From NCBI GenBank assembly GCA_965226875.1, contig OZ245439.1:3382316-3446315 (forward strand): a DNA stretch of 64,000 nucleotides. The letters run 5' to 3'. Source of the stretch: Dehalococcoidia bacterium. Lineage in GTDB: Bacteria; Chloroflexota; Dehalococcoidia; Lucifugimonadales; UBA3495. The translations under genes were made by a program, and so were the position numbers. Of this stretch, positions 19,325 to 28,411 are shown piece by piece. Within the stretch, counting starts at the first letter, position 1. Every line of letters starts with the position of its first letter. The notes under the pieces were generated by a model. It did not search any database. It had not been told where the DNA came from and saw only the letters and a list, made by a program, of their open reading frames with translations.

Positions 19325-19750
19325 TCAAGAATGCTTTAACTTGCGGGGAATTCGCTGGAGCAGGAGCGGCAGGATATACTCGCTTGCCTTTTCCAGTGTG
19401 AAGCCCACCGGGTAGCCCTCCGTGTCGAGATGAGCAACACAATGCTCGATTACGGTTTCGCTGTAGCTAACCGGGTCGCTGTTGCAAAAATAAAGGGTAT
19501 CTGATTCTGTGTTGTAGGAAATGGTCAAATTATCTTCAAGGTCAAACTTGGGGAATTTGTCCGGGCACAAGTAAGGAAGAAACAGGTCGGCAGAATCGAG
19601 AAACTCAAAGCCCATACAATGGCCCTGGGTGTCGAAGTTGGCCATCAGATCGTAAGCCACGGTCGCAGATTCTTCGTAATCCCGCTTCGTAGACAACGAA
19701 AGTATGTCGAGTTCCCTATCGTATGTGTAGGGCGTATGGTTTTCTATCAT
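19325..19750 (-). CDS. tandem DUF2283-like protein (two YDxExDxL...GxxxGFE modules)
   Basis: YTYDRELDILSL...QGHCMGFEFLD and ISYNTESDTLYF...EGYPVGFTLE; AT-richer islet. Confidence 0.6.
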   Translation of the reverse strand: MIENHTPYTYDRELDILSLSTKRDYEESATVAYDLMANFDTQGHCMGFEFLDSADLFLPYLCPDKFPKFDLEDNLTISYNTESDTLYFCNSDPVSYSETVIEHCVAHLDTEGYPVGFTLEKASEYILPLLLQRIPRKLKHS

Positions 19751-19896
19751 TCCCTCCCTCCCCTTCGCCTTCTCCGTTCGTCTTTGTCAGGCATTGCCGA
19801 AACCACAACCTCGACTTTACGCAAAATCCAGGAAAAGTAATGGATGACATCACCTTTGTGCGTAGCCACTGGTGGTTGGTGTCGGAGGGTTTTTCA

Positions 19897-20232
19897 CTAT
19901 CGACCGCCAACTCCGATGTACAGAAACTCCCCGCCACTCTGTACCATCGTATTGCAGATTCCCTCGCTTATGCCGCTTAAAATGCGTAAAGTCCAGACAA
20001 CATGAGGAACTGCTATTTCGTCCACGATTACCCTCAAATAATTTCCTCTGTCGCTCAGTTCAGCAAACCAACGCCAGTAGAGAATGCGGTCATACTTGCC
20101 GGGCCCTGTCCGTTCCGGCTCAAGTATGGTTTGCCTGATTTGGTCAATGGTAACTTGGCCAATCCTCTCAGGGTGGTCCCGCCAGATATGCTCGGCCACT
20201 TCATATATTTGCCCGCCAATGACAACGCACAT
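19897..20232 (-). CDS. small toxin-like hypothetical protein (DUF4258/RelE-barnase-like, tentative)
   Basis: AEHIWRDHPERIG...ILYWRWF...NYLRVIVDE; upstream of the DUF2283 gene on the same strand. Confidence 0.4.
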   Translation of the reverse strand: MCVVIGGQIYEVAEHIWRDHPERIGQVTIDQIRQTILEPERTGPGKYDRILYWRWFAELSDRGNYLRVIVDEIAVPHVVWTLRILSGISEGICNTMVQSGGEFLYIGVGGR

Positions 20233-20233
20233 T

Positions 20234-22732
20234 TTACCGTAGCTGCGCCACCGTCACGCCCTCGCCCCCGGGGCCCTCGCCGTCGGTGGCGCCGGATACC
20301 AGCGAGTGGCTGGACAGGTAATCGCGGATGGCGCGGCGCAGGGCGCCGGTGCCCTTGCCGTGGATGATGCGCAGCATCCCCACGCCGTCCAGGGCCGCGT
20401 CGTTCAGGGCGGTGTCCACGCGGGCCACGGCTTCGTCAACACGCAGGCCGCGCAGATCCATATCCGGGTCGGGACGGCGCGGAGCGGTGGGACGGTTCCG
20501 AGCGCGGTCCAGATATACGCCTTGTCGGGCGGCGGTGGGGTGGCCCTCGGCCAGGCTCTGTAACTGGTAGACGGGAATTTTCGCCCTCATCGTTCCCAGC
20601 AGCACCTCAACCCGCTGCGCCTGGGCCGATCCCGACGACAGGTCGGGCGTCGAGATTACCTCCACCGGCTGGCTGATGCCCCGGACGTAGACACGGTCGC
20701 CGCTCTTGAGCCGCTCCTGCCACGGAGTGCGCTTGATTTCGATGGGCTGCCAGTTGGCATCGTCCAGCTCCCGTTGCACTTCGCGCAGGGAGCGTTGCTG
20801 CTCACGAAACTCCGACTGCCGTTCTTGTCCGGTGGAGGGCGCGCGCCCGTATGACGCGGAGGCGGTGGCGCTGGCCGCCAGCTCCATCGACCGCTCTGCC
20901 TGTTGCAGCCTGTCGAGGATGCCGCCGGTCCGCAGTTGCAGCTCGCGCCGGGCCTCTTCCACCAGTTCGGTCTTGGTGGACTCCACCGACCCCAGTTGCT
21001 CCTCCAGTTCCCGTTGCAGCCTGACCGCGGCCAGGCGAGCCGACTCCGCTTCGTCCTTCAACTGCTCCACCGTGCGGCGTTCCTGCTGCAACTCCCGCAG
21101 CAGCGACTCGGTGGCCTGCTCCACAGGTGAGACACCGGCGCTGGCGTCTTCGATTATCTCCTGGGGCAGTCCCAGCCGCGAGGCGATGGTCAGGGCGTAG
21201 CTGCGGCCCGGCAGACCAACGGTGAGCTGGTAGGTGGGAGCCAGCGTCACCGGGTCCAGGTCCACGCTGGCGTTGAGCATCCCCGGATGCTCCTGCACCG
21301 TGCGGGCTACGCCGCGCTGGTGGGTGGTGCCGACCAGGAACACACCCATGCGCTGGAAGTGGCGCAGCACGGCGCTGGCCAGGGCGGCTCCCTCCTCGGG
21401 GTCGGTGCTGGTGCCCAGCTCGTCCACCAGCACCAGCGAGCGGCCCGTGGCCCGGCGCATAATGTTGACAAGGTTGGTGATGTGGGAACTGAACGTCGAG
21501 AGGGACTGCTGGATGCTCTGCTGGTCGCCGATGTCGGCATAGATGCCGTCGAACCCCGGAAAGCGGGCCTCATCCGCGGGTACGTGCAGCCCGGCGTGGG
21601 CCATCATCGCCAGCAGGCCCACGGTCTTGAGGGCCACGGTCTTGCCGCCGGCGTTGGGACCGGTGACCAGCAGCACGCCGCGCCGGGAGTCCAGCGACAG
21701 GCTGATAGGCACCACGTCGCCCGACAGCAACGGATGCCGGGCGCGGCTGAGGCGCATACGGCGCGGCGCGTCCTGCTCCCCGTCGCCTATTCCCTCTCCC
21801 TCTGGGGGAAGGTTAGCGTGGAGGCCATCTTCCTCAGCGTCTTCGATGACCGGCGGTGCAGCGCGCAGGGACGCCGAGTAGCGGGCCTTGGACACGTCCA
21901 GGTCCAGCCGGGCCACGATGTCCAAGGCAAGCAGCAGGTCTTCGGCGGTCTCGCCGACGCGGGCGGATAGCTGGCGCAGCACCCGCTCCACCTCGCGCTC
22001 CTCAGCCAGCCGGGCCTCGCGCCAGCGGTTGCCCATGTCCACGGCGGCCATCGGCTCGACAAACACCGTCGCGCCGCTGTCGGAAACGTCGTGAACGATC
22101 CCCGCGACGCGGGGGCGCATCTCCGTCTTGATGAGCAGCACCATGCGGCCGTTGCGCTGGGTGATGAGGGGCTCCTGCACCAAATCAGCCCGCTGGAGCC
22201 GCCGCAGGTTGCGCTCCATGATTTCGTTGAGCCGGTTCTGCGCCTGCCTGGATTCGGCCCGCAGCCGTCCCAGCACCGGGCTGGCGTAGTCCAGCACCTC
22301 GCCCGCCGGGCTGATGGCCGCGCCGATCTCGCGGTCCAGGTGGCCCAGCTCCGGGATGTTGCTGGCCAGGCTGGATAAGAGCGGCAGTTCCTCTTTGCGG
22401 CTGAGCTCGTCGCGGTCGAACCGGGCGGCGCGGGCGAAGGCGCGGACGGCGTAGAGTTCCTCGCCCCGCAGCAGGCCACCCAGCAGGGCGCGTTGAATCA
22501 GCTCACTGATGTCCTGCTCCGGGCCGAATTCCAACGAGCCGCCGCCGTCCGTGTACCTGCGGGCCTCGGTGGTCTCCTGCTGCCGGGTGGCCACTTCCAG
22601 CAGGTCGCCGGAAGGCTCCAGCGACACGACCCTCTTGCGGCCCAGCGCGGTGCGGGCATACTCCGCCAACTGCGCCAGCACCTTGTCGAATTCCAGCAAC
22701 CGCCCCGCCTGCTCAAAACCGCCGAGAGTCAT
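20234..22732 (-). CDS. mutS2: MutS2 (MutS-paralogue ATPase with C-terminal Smr domain)
   Basis: Walker A TGPNAGGKT, STFSSH, DELGTSTDPEEG, long coiled coil, Smr DLRGLRVDEA...IIHGKGTGALR. Confidence 0.92.
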   Translation of the reverse strand: MTLGGFEQAGRLLEFDKVLAQLAEYARTALGRKRVVSLEPSGDLLEVATRQQETTEARRYTDGGGSLEFGPEQDISELIQRALLGGLLRGEELYAVRAFARAARFDRDELSRKEELPLLSSLASNIPELGHLDREIGAAISPAGEVLDYASPVLGRLRAESRQAQNRLNEIMERNLRRLQRADLVQEPLITQRNGRMVLLIKTEMRPRVAGIVHDVSDSGATVFVEPMAAVDMGNRWREARLAEEREVERVLRQLSARVGETAEDLLLALDIVARLDLDVSKARYSASLRAAPPVIEDAEEDGLHANLPPEGEGIGDGEQDAPRRMRLSRARHPLLSGDVVPISLSLDSRRGVLLVTGPNAGGKTVALKTVGLLAMMAHAGLHVPADEARFPGFDGIYADIGDQQSIQQSLSTFSSHITNLVNIMRRATGRSLVLVDELGTSTDPEEGAALASAVLRHFQRMGVFLVGTTHQRGVARTVQEHPGMLNASVDLDPVTLAPTYQLTVGLPGRSYALTIASRLGLPQEIIEDASAGVSPVEQATESLLRELQQERRTVEQLKDEAESARLAAVRLQRELEEQLGSVESTKTELVEEARRELQLRTGGILDRLQQAERSMELAASATASASYGRAPSTGQERQSEFREQQRSLREVQRELDDANWQPIEIKRTPWQERLKSGDRVYVRGISQPVEVISTPDLSSGSAQAQRVEVLLGTMRAKIPVYQLQSLAEGHPTAARQGVYLDRARNRPTAPRRPDPDMDLRGLRVDEAVARVDTALNDAALDGVGMLRIIHGKGTGALRRAIRDYLSSHSLVSGATDGEGPGGEGVTVAQLR

Positions 22733-22746
22733 CCAACCATCTCCGT

Positions 22747-23508
22747 TCAGTGATCAAATTTCAGTTCCCAAACGCGGCTCTCGGTGAGCATCGCCGCGAC
22801 CTGCGGCAGGGTGTCGCGTTTCGGGTCGCGGACGTTCAGCCGCCGTTTCAGCGTGATCGGTTGCAGCGCGGCCAAGGCCGGGCACCCCTTCAGCAGTCCG
22901 TTGAGGGTAAACCGCTCGCCGCCCAGCACCAGGTAGTCCAGTCGCGCCGCCGGAGGCATGAGGCGGGCGCGGGCCTCCTCGCAGACCTTGTCGTACAGCC
23001 GCTTGATCTGCCCTTCCCGCACCCGCGTATAACGCAACTGCGAGGTCCCGCCGGCGTGGTGTTTGCCCTTGACGTAACGGGAATCGGTCTTGGAGTCCAA
23101 TATCTCCCCGCCGCGAAACACGGCCACAGAGAACCGCCCCAGCCGGACTAGGGCCACCCCCACAGTTACATCGGCGTCCAGTATAAGGCGCAATGGGGCA
23201 TCGTCCCAATCCGTTGTGAGATAGGTTTCGGCCACCGGGAAGGGAGGGGCAATGAGCAGCCCCTTCTCGTCGGCGCGCAACCCGACAAGTCCGCAGCCGT
23301 CCCGCAGCGCTGCCTCTCCCTTGTCTGCAATATGGGGAGCCCATCCCGTTTCGGCCATCACCAGCGGGTCCGGGCGGTCCCCCGGCGCCAGGTACAGCGA
23401 CGATGCCACGCTCGCGCCGGCCTCCACCGCCAGCCCGTCCAGCATACGCCGCAGACCTACAGCGGACACTACCGAACTCTGACGGCTCTCGTCGCCCCTA
23501 GCGTTCAT
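22747..23508 (-). CDS. eRF1/Vms1-like (VLRF1-type) putative peptidyl-tRNA hydrolase
   Basis: KGKHHAGGTSQLRYTRVREGQIKRLYDKV resembles the eRF1 loop [27 protein letters not shown] with displaced Gln; TGA 14 nt before the mutS2 ATG; start 23508 or 23541. Confidence 0.6.
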   Translation of the reverse strand: MNARGDESRQSSVVSAVGLRRMLDGLAVEAGASVASSLYLAPGDRPDPLVMAETGWAPHIADKGEAALRDGCGLVGLRADEKGLLIAPPFPVAETYLTTDWDDAPLRLILDADVTVGVALVRLGRFSVAVFRGGEILDSKTDSRYVKGKHHAGGTSQLRYTRVREGQIKRLYDKVCEEARARLMPPAARLDYLVLGGERFTLNGLLKGCPALAALQPITLKRRLNVRDPKRDTLPQVAAMLTESRVWELKFDH

Positions 23509-23807
23509 TCCCGCCTGGAGGGCGGAGGGTTGTCGTCCCAATCGGACTTACCGGCTTCCCGTTGTCGTTCCAGCCACTCTTCCCAAAGCCGTTGGTTTTC
23601 TTCGACACCCTTTTCCATGCCTACTTCCATGCCCTTCCGATCGCCAAACGCCTTGCCGCACCGGGGTGAATGCCGGATTATCAAACCGTTGATTTTGCTT
23701 GCCAGGTTCATGCAGGGGCTACCGCCATAGTATTCTATCAGGGATTGTTCCGGGAGGGCTTTCCATCTATTCTGCCTATTCTGCCCGACAAGATAGACTT
23801 CAACCAT
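23505..23807 (-). CDS. hypothetical small protein (uncertain; possible shorter form from ATG 23711)
   Basis: AT-richer ORF overlapping the start of the VLRF1-like gene; no motif; only 11 bp from the divergent gene if full length. Confidence 0.25.
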   Translation of the reverse strand: MVEVYLVGQNRQNRWKALPEQSLIEYYGGSPCMNLASKINGLIIRHSPRCGKAFGDRKGMEVGMEKGVEENQRLWEEWLERQREAGKSDWDDNPPPSRRE

Positions 23808-23818
23808 CCTGAATCCAT

Positions 23819-24643
23819 GTGGAGGCGCCTTTGAATCCCGCAGAAAGAGAATCCATCCTGCAACGGCGCGACGCCGCGTTGCAACGTCTTGATGAAGGGC
23901 ATCAGATCCTGCTCAAGTCGCTGGAAGGGCTGGAGGCCGAGGAGGCGTTCCTGGCCCAGCGCTGGTCGGTGCGCGACGTGCTGCTGCACCTAGACTCGGA
24001 GCGGTACGTGGACGCGCTGGAGAAAATCGCCGAGGGCGAAATGGAGATGCTCCCGGCCTTCACCAGCCGCGAGGAGCATTTCCGGCAGGAGTTGGAGCAT
24101 CAAGAAGCCACCCACCGGAGGTTCCGCGCCCTGCTGACGGAGCTGACCCCGGAGCAGTTGGCCCGCCCGGCGACGCCGCCCAACCCGGAGAACGCCTTTC
24201 CAGGTTTGACGCTGCTGGAGTTGCTGGAGCGCTCCGCAGGCCACGAGGCCAGCCACGCCCGGCAGATTGACCTCACACGCCAGTACATCGCCGCCTTCCG
24301 CTCCCAGGAACGCGCCCTGAACGTCGCGGCGCTGGGCGACGGCGACCCGTCCCGCCTGTCGCCGCAGGTCAAGGACCTGCTGAACATGGCCGACTTCGTG
24401 GTCGGTGAGCCGGATGCCCTGGCCGCCGTCGGCCACATCGTGCGCGGCGTCCAACTGGCGATTCACCCCGGCAACCGCGAGGAACTGGTCAACCGCGCCG
24501 CCCGCGAGTCCCGCGAGGGCCTGTGGCCCATAGTTTGCGTGATGGGCGACGCCGGAGACGACGACGCCACGGTGGCCCTGGCCCGCCACCACGCCGACGC
24601 CGTGGCCGTGCACCGGCCCGCGGGGGAAGAACAGAGCCAATGA
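23819..24643 (+). CDS. DinB-family domain fused to a partial tetrapyrrole-methylase-like N-subdomain
   Basis: N-half WSVRDVLLHL...AGHEASHARQI (DinB four-helix, His triad); C-half AALGDGDPSRLSPQVKDLLNMADFVVGE...VMGDAG resembles a CbiE/TP-methylase N-terminus. Confidence 0.55.
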   Translation: MEAPLNPAERESILQRRDAALQRLDEGHQILLKSLEGLEAEEAFLAQRWSVRDVLLHLDSERYVDALEKIAEGEMEMLPAFTSREEHFRQELEHQEATHRRFRALLTELTPEQLARPATPPNPENAFPGLTLLELLERSAGHEASHARQIDLTRQYIAAFRSQERALNVAALGDGDPSRLSPQVKDLLNMADFVVGEPDALAAVGHIVRGVQLAIHPGNREELVNRAARESREGLWPIVCVMGDAGDDDATVALARHHADAVAVHRPAGEEQSQ

Positions 24644-24671
24644 ACAATCAATACCCTATCCACCCGCCGGG

Positions 24672-24700
24672 TTACGCATTTCGCACGCTTGTAATACAAT
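24672..24700 (+). promoter_or_regulatory. candidate promoter for the Rieske dioxygenase genes (TTACGC-N17-TACAAT)
   Basis: Read directly, 67 nt upstream of ATG 24767. Confidence 0.3.
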
Positions 24701-24766
24701 CCCCAAAATAAACGAATGCAGGCCGGTTATCGAATGTACGCATGAAACGGTGGGAGGCGCAACAGC

Positions 24767-26077
24767 ATGGTTATCGCAAACGTTGAGGCGCTGGTCGATA
24801 TAGACCGGGGGCTGATCAGCCCGCGAATTTTCAGCGATCAGGACATCTACCAAGAAGAGCTGGAAAGGATATTCGCCCGGTGCTGGCTGTTTTTGGGACA
24901 CGAGACGCAGATTCCCAACCCCGGCGACTTCTTCACCACCTACATGGGCGAAGACCCGGTGCTGGTGACCCGCGACCGGCAGGGCAAGGTCAACGCCTTC
25001 CTGAACATCTGCCGCCACCGGGGGAACCGGCTCTGCCGCGCCGACGACGGCAACGCCGCCGCCTTCATCTGCGCCTACCACGGCTGGGGCTATGGCGCCG
25101 ACGGCAAGTTGCAGGCCGTTCCCAACCTCCAGGACGCCTATTACAACGAGCTGGACCAGTCCCAGTGGGGCCTCATCCCGGTGTCCCAACTGGACAGCTA
25201 CAAAGGGCTGATTTTCGCCACCTTCGACACCACCGCGCCCCCGCTGACGGACTACCTCGGCCCGATGGCCTGGTACCTGGACGCCTTCTTCGACCGACGG
25301 GAGGGCGGAACCGAGGTCATCGGCGGTGTTCACAAGTGGGTGGTGCCCTGCAACTGGAAGATGCCCGCCGAAAATTTCTGCGGCGACGCCTACCACGTTC
25401 CGTGGTCGCACCTGTCCCCCATCCTCTCCGGATTCAGCGTCGGGGTCACCGCCTCGACCACAAAGGGCGGCGGCCCGGTGTCCACCGGCAACGGCCACGG
25501 CATGATCACCGTCGCCGCCGGCCAGTCGGGGGCACCGATGCAGATACTCAAGGACTACGAAGATGAGACCCTGCCCGAAGTGGAGGCCCGCCTCGGCCCC
25601 CGCGCCAAGGAGCTGAACCCCATCGTGGGCACCGTGTTCCCCAACTTCTCCATCGTCCGGGGCAGTTCCCAATCCTTCCGCGTCTGGCACCCCAAGGGGC
25701 CGGACAGCATCGAAATCTGGTCATGGGCCTTCACCGACCGGGCCGCGCCCCCCGAGGTGAAGGAGGCCGTCCGCCTCAGCGCCATCCGGGGCTTCAGTCC
25801 CTCGGGTACCTTCGAGCAGGACGACATGGACAACTGGCAGGAGTGCACCGTCACCAGCCGCGGCGTGGTGGCCCGCCGCCAGATGCTCAACTACCAAATG
25901 GGCCTGGGCCACGAAACTTACAACGAGGACTACGAAGCCCTGACCAGCGAATACCGCTACAGCGACAGCAACCAACGGCAGTTCTACCAACGCTGGAGCA
26001 ATCTCATGGCCGCCAAGAGCTGGGCCGAGTTGCAGGCGGCAGCGCATGGGAAACTTCCCTCCAGACGTGCGAGGTAG
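24767..26077 (+). CDS. Rieske non-heme iron ring-hydroxylating oxygenase, alpha subunit
   Basis: Rieske CRHRGNRLC...CAYHGWGY; catalytic-domain DAYHVPWSH. Confidence 0.9.
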   Translation: MVIANVEALVDIDRGLISPRIFSDQDIYQEELERIFARCWLFLGHETQIPNPGDFFTTYMGEDPVLVTRDRQGKVNAFLNICRHRGNRLCRADDGNAAAFICAYHGWGYGADGKLQAVPNLQDAYYNELDQSQWGLIPVSQLDSYKGLIFATFDTTAPPLTDYLGPMAWYLDAFFDRREGGTEVIGGVHKWVVPCNWKMPAENFCGDAYHVPWSHLSPILSGFSVGVTASTTKGGGPVSTGNGHGMITVAAGQSGAPMQILKDYEDETLPEVEARLGPRAKELNPIVGTVFPNFSIVRGSSQSFRVWHPKGPDSIEIWSWAFTDRAAPPEVKEAVRLSAIRGFSPSGTFEQDDMDNWQECTVTSRGVVARRQMLNYQMGLGHETYNEDYEALTSEYRYSDSNQRQFYQRWSNLMAAKSWAELQAAAHGKLPSRRAR

Positions 26078-26083
26078 TCTCTC

Positions 26084-26626
26084 ATGCGTGACGACACCAT
26101 CCGCGAGGTCGAGCAGTTCCTGTTCCGGGAGGCGCGGCTGCTGGACGCCCGCAGGTTCCACGAGTGGCTGGACCTGCTGACCGACGACGTGCGCTACTGG
26201 ATGCCCACCAGGGCCAACCGCTACCCGGCCAACAGCAAGGCCATCTCCATCCTGGACGGCTCCCGATACGAGGAGGGCGACCTGTCCAGGGAGGACGAGC
26301 TGGCGATCCTCGACGAGGACAAGGACTCGCTGACCCGCCGCGTCAACCGACTCGACTCCGGCATGGCCTGGGCCGAGGACCCGCCGTCCCGCACCCGCCA
26401 CTTCGTGTCCAACATCGAGGTCGAGCCGGGGGCCGGGGATACCGAGATGAGGGTCTACTCCAACTTCATCATGTACCGCACCCGGGGCCAGACCGAACAG
26501 GACTTCTACGTCGGCAGCCGGCAGGACGTGCTGCGCCGGGAGGCCGGCCAACTCAAGGTCGCCTACCGCAAGATAGTCCTCGACCAGACCGTGCTGCTGG
26601 CAAAGAACGTCAGCAACTTCTTCTGA
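26084..26626 (+). CDS. ring-hydroxylating dioxygenase beta subunit (NTF2/SnoaL fold)
   Basis: FLFREARLLDARRFHEWLDLLTDDVRYWMP typical beta-subunit N-terminus; 6 nt after the alpha stop. Confidence 0.85.
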   Translation: MRDDTIREVEQFLFREARLLDARRFHEWLDLLTDDVRYWMPTRANRYPANSKAISILDGSRYEEGDLSREDELAILDEDKDSLTRRVNRLDSGMAWAEDPPSRTRHFVSNIEVEPGAGDTEMRVYSNFIMYRTRGQTEQDFYVGSRQDVLRREAGQLKVAYRKIVLDQTVLLAKNVSNFF

Positions 26627-26842
26627 CGGCACTGGCCCTTCAGTCCAGCAGGACGAGTTGCGACTTTAACAGCGCGTCCCGCAGCGTTTCCGCCAGACGT
26701 TCGAGCATCGGCACTTGTCTGCCAGCTTCGCCCTTCCCCTCCGGCCACGGCGTCAATTGCCCGCCATCGGCGCGTTTGGTACACTAACGACGAGCTGAAG
26801 CTCCACCGCGATGGAACCCACACATTGCAGGAGAACGCCGCG

Positions 26843-27463
26843 ATGATTTACGAAGTCCGCACCTATACGCTTAAACCCGGTAGCGTGCCAATCTTCGAGG
26901 AAAACTTCGCCAAAGGGCTGCCCCACCGGCAGAAGTATTCGCCCCTAGCCGCCTTCTGGCATACCGAGATTGGCCCACTGAACCAGGTCATCCACGTCTG
27001 GCCCTACGAGAGCCTGGACGAGCGCACCCGCATCCGGGCCGAGGCCTCCCAGGACCCCAACTGGCCGCCCGCCAACGACCCCGATATGTACATCAAGATG
27101 GAGTCGGAAATCTTCAACCCGGCGCCCTTCATGCGCCCGCTGGGCAACGACCAGGCGCTGGGCAACATCTACGAGATGCGCTCCTACACCTACAAGACCG
27201 GGTCCATGGGCGAAGTGATCAACCGCTGGGAAGCCGCCGTGCCTCACCGCGAGGAGTACTCGCCGCTGGCCGCCGCCTGGTACACCGAGCTGGGCGGGCT
27301 GAACAAGTGGGTACACATCTGGCCCTACAACGACCTAGAAGAGCGCAACCGGATCCGCGAAGAGGCGGTAAAGTCGCCCCACTGGCCCCCGCCCACCCGC
27401 GAGTTCCTGGTCAGCCAGGAGAACAAGATCATGGTGCCGGCCTCCTTCTCGCCCACCCACTAG
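26843..27463 (+). CDS. NIPSNAP family protein (two repeats)
   Basis: MIYEVRTYTLKPGS...IHVWPYESLDER and IYEMRSYTYKTGS...VHIWPYNDLEER. Confidence 0.8.
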   Translation: MIYEVRTYTLKPGSVPIFEENFAKGLPHRQKYSPLAAFWHTEIGPLNQVIHVWPYESLDERTRIRAEASQDPNWPPANDPDMYIKMESEIFNPAPFMRPLGNDQALGNIYEMRSYTYKTGSMGEVINRWEAAVPHREEYSPLAAAWYTELGGLNKWVHIWPYNDLEERNRIREEAVKSPHWPPPTREFLVSQENKIMVPASFSPTH

Positions 27464-27494
27464 GCTTGGGCACAGATGTCATTCTCATCTGTCC

Positions 27495-27523
27495 GTAGGG
27501 GCGGGTTTGAAACCCGCCCCTAC
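27495..27523. repeat. REP family 2 palindrome copy 2, terminator-like
   Basis: GTAGGGGCGGGTTTGAAACCCGCCCCTAC, same core as 7675-7715. Confidence 0.6.
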
Positions 27524-27558
27524 ACCGTCAACTATCCATTGAGGACCGAAACCTCCCC

Positions 27559-28272
27559 ATGACCAACCTTGACCGGCAGTTGCATGACCTGGTCACCGCC
27601 AACCGCATCCTGGCCCGCGAGGACGTGGTGGACGCCTACGGGCACGTCAGTATCCGCCACCCCGAACATCCGGGCCGCTACTTCCTGTCCCGCTCCCGCG
27701 CCCCGGAGCTGGTGGAAGCCGGCGACCTGATGGAGTATACGCTGGAGGGGGAGCCGCTGGACCAGCAGGGCCGCGAGATGTACTCCGAGCGTCCCATCCA
27801 CGGCGGCGTCTACGAAGCCCGGCCCGAGGTCATGGCGGTGGTGCATAACCACTCGCAGCCCGTGATGCCTTTCGGAGTGACCGGAACGCCGCTGCGCCCC
27901 ATGTTCCACCTGGCGGCGCTCATCGGTGGCGACATCCCGGTCTGGGACATTCGCGACAAATTTGGCGACACCAATATGCTGGTCACCACCATGGCGCAGG
28001 GGCGCGACCTCGCCGCCGCCCTCGGCCCGCGCCGGGTGGCGCTGATGCGGGGCCACGGCTGCGTCGTCGCCGGGGGTTCCCTGAAGGAAGCGGTCATGGC
28101 GGCGGTATACCTGCAAGTCAACGCCAGGCTGTTGCTGGAGTCCCTCAAGCTGGGCGACGTGACCTACCTGTCGCCCGGCGAAGTCGCCATAATGTCAGAA
28201 AGCCAGGTGCAGCCCCGCACCATGGCCCGCGCTTGGGAATACTGGGCCGTCCGCGCCGGACGCGAGCCATAA
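27559..28272 (+). CDS. class II aldolase/adducin family protein
   Basis: DAYGHVSIRHP...VVHNHS...LMRGHGCVVAG motifs. Confidence 0.85.
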   Translation: MTNLDRQLHDLVTANRILAREDVVDAYGHVSIRHPEHPGRYFLSRSRAPELVEAGDLMEYTLEGEPLDQQGREMYSERPIHGGVYEARPEVMAVVHNHSQPVMPFGVTGTPLRPMFHLAALIGGDIPVWDIRDKFGDTNMLVTTMAQGRDLAAALGPRRVALMRGHGCVVAGGSLKEAVMAAVYLQVNARLLLESLKLGDVTYLSPGEVAIMSESQVQPRTMARAWEYWAVRAGREP

Positions 28273-28285
28273 ACACCGAAAGAAT

Positions 28286-28317
28286 CCCCTCTCCTCAGGG
28301 TGAGAGCCGGGGTGGGG
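28286..28317. repeat. REP family 1, degenerate copy, orientation A
   Basis: CCCCTCTCCTCAGGGTGAGAGCCGGGGTGGGG. Confidence 0.5.
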
Positions 28318-28411
28318 ATGAAATCCCGGCATGACACAATGTTCGCTCACCGGCAGGGACGCCCCCACCCTAACCCGCTAGGACAGGGAACTAATAGCCC
28401 CACGGAGAGCC

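Noticed and set aside
26640-26712. 22-codon minus-strand ORF (MLERLAETLRDALLKSQLVLLD) in the gap after the dioxygenase beta gene
   Set aside because: It is too short and has no SD. It could be a remnant of a degraded gene, but that cannot be supported from sequence alone.
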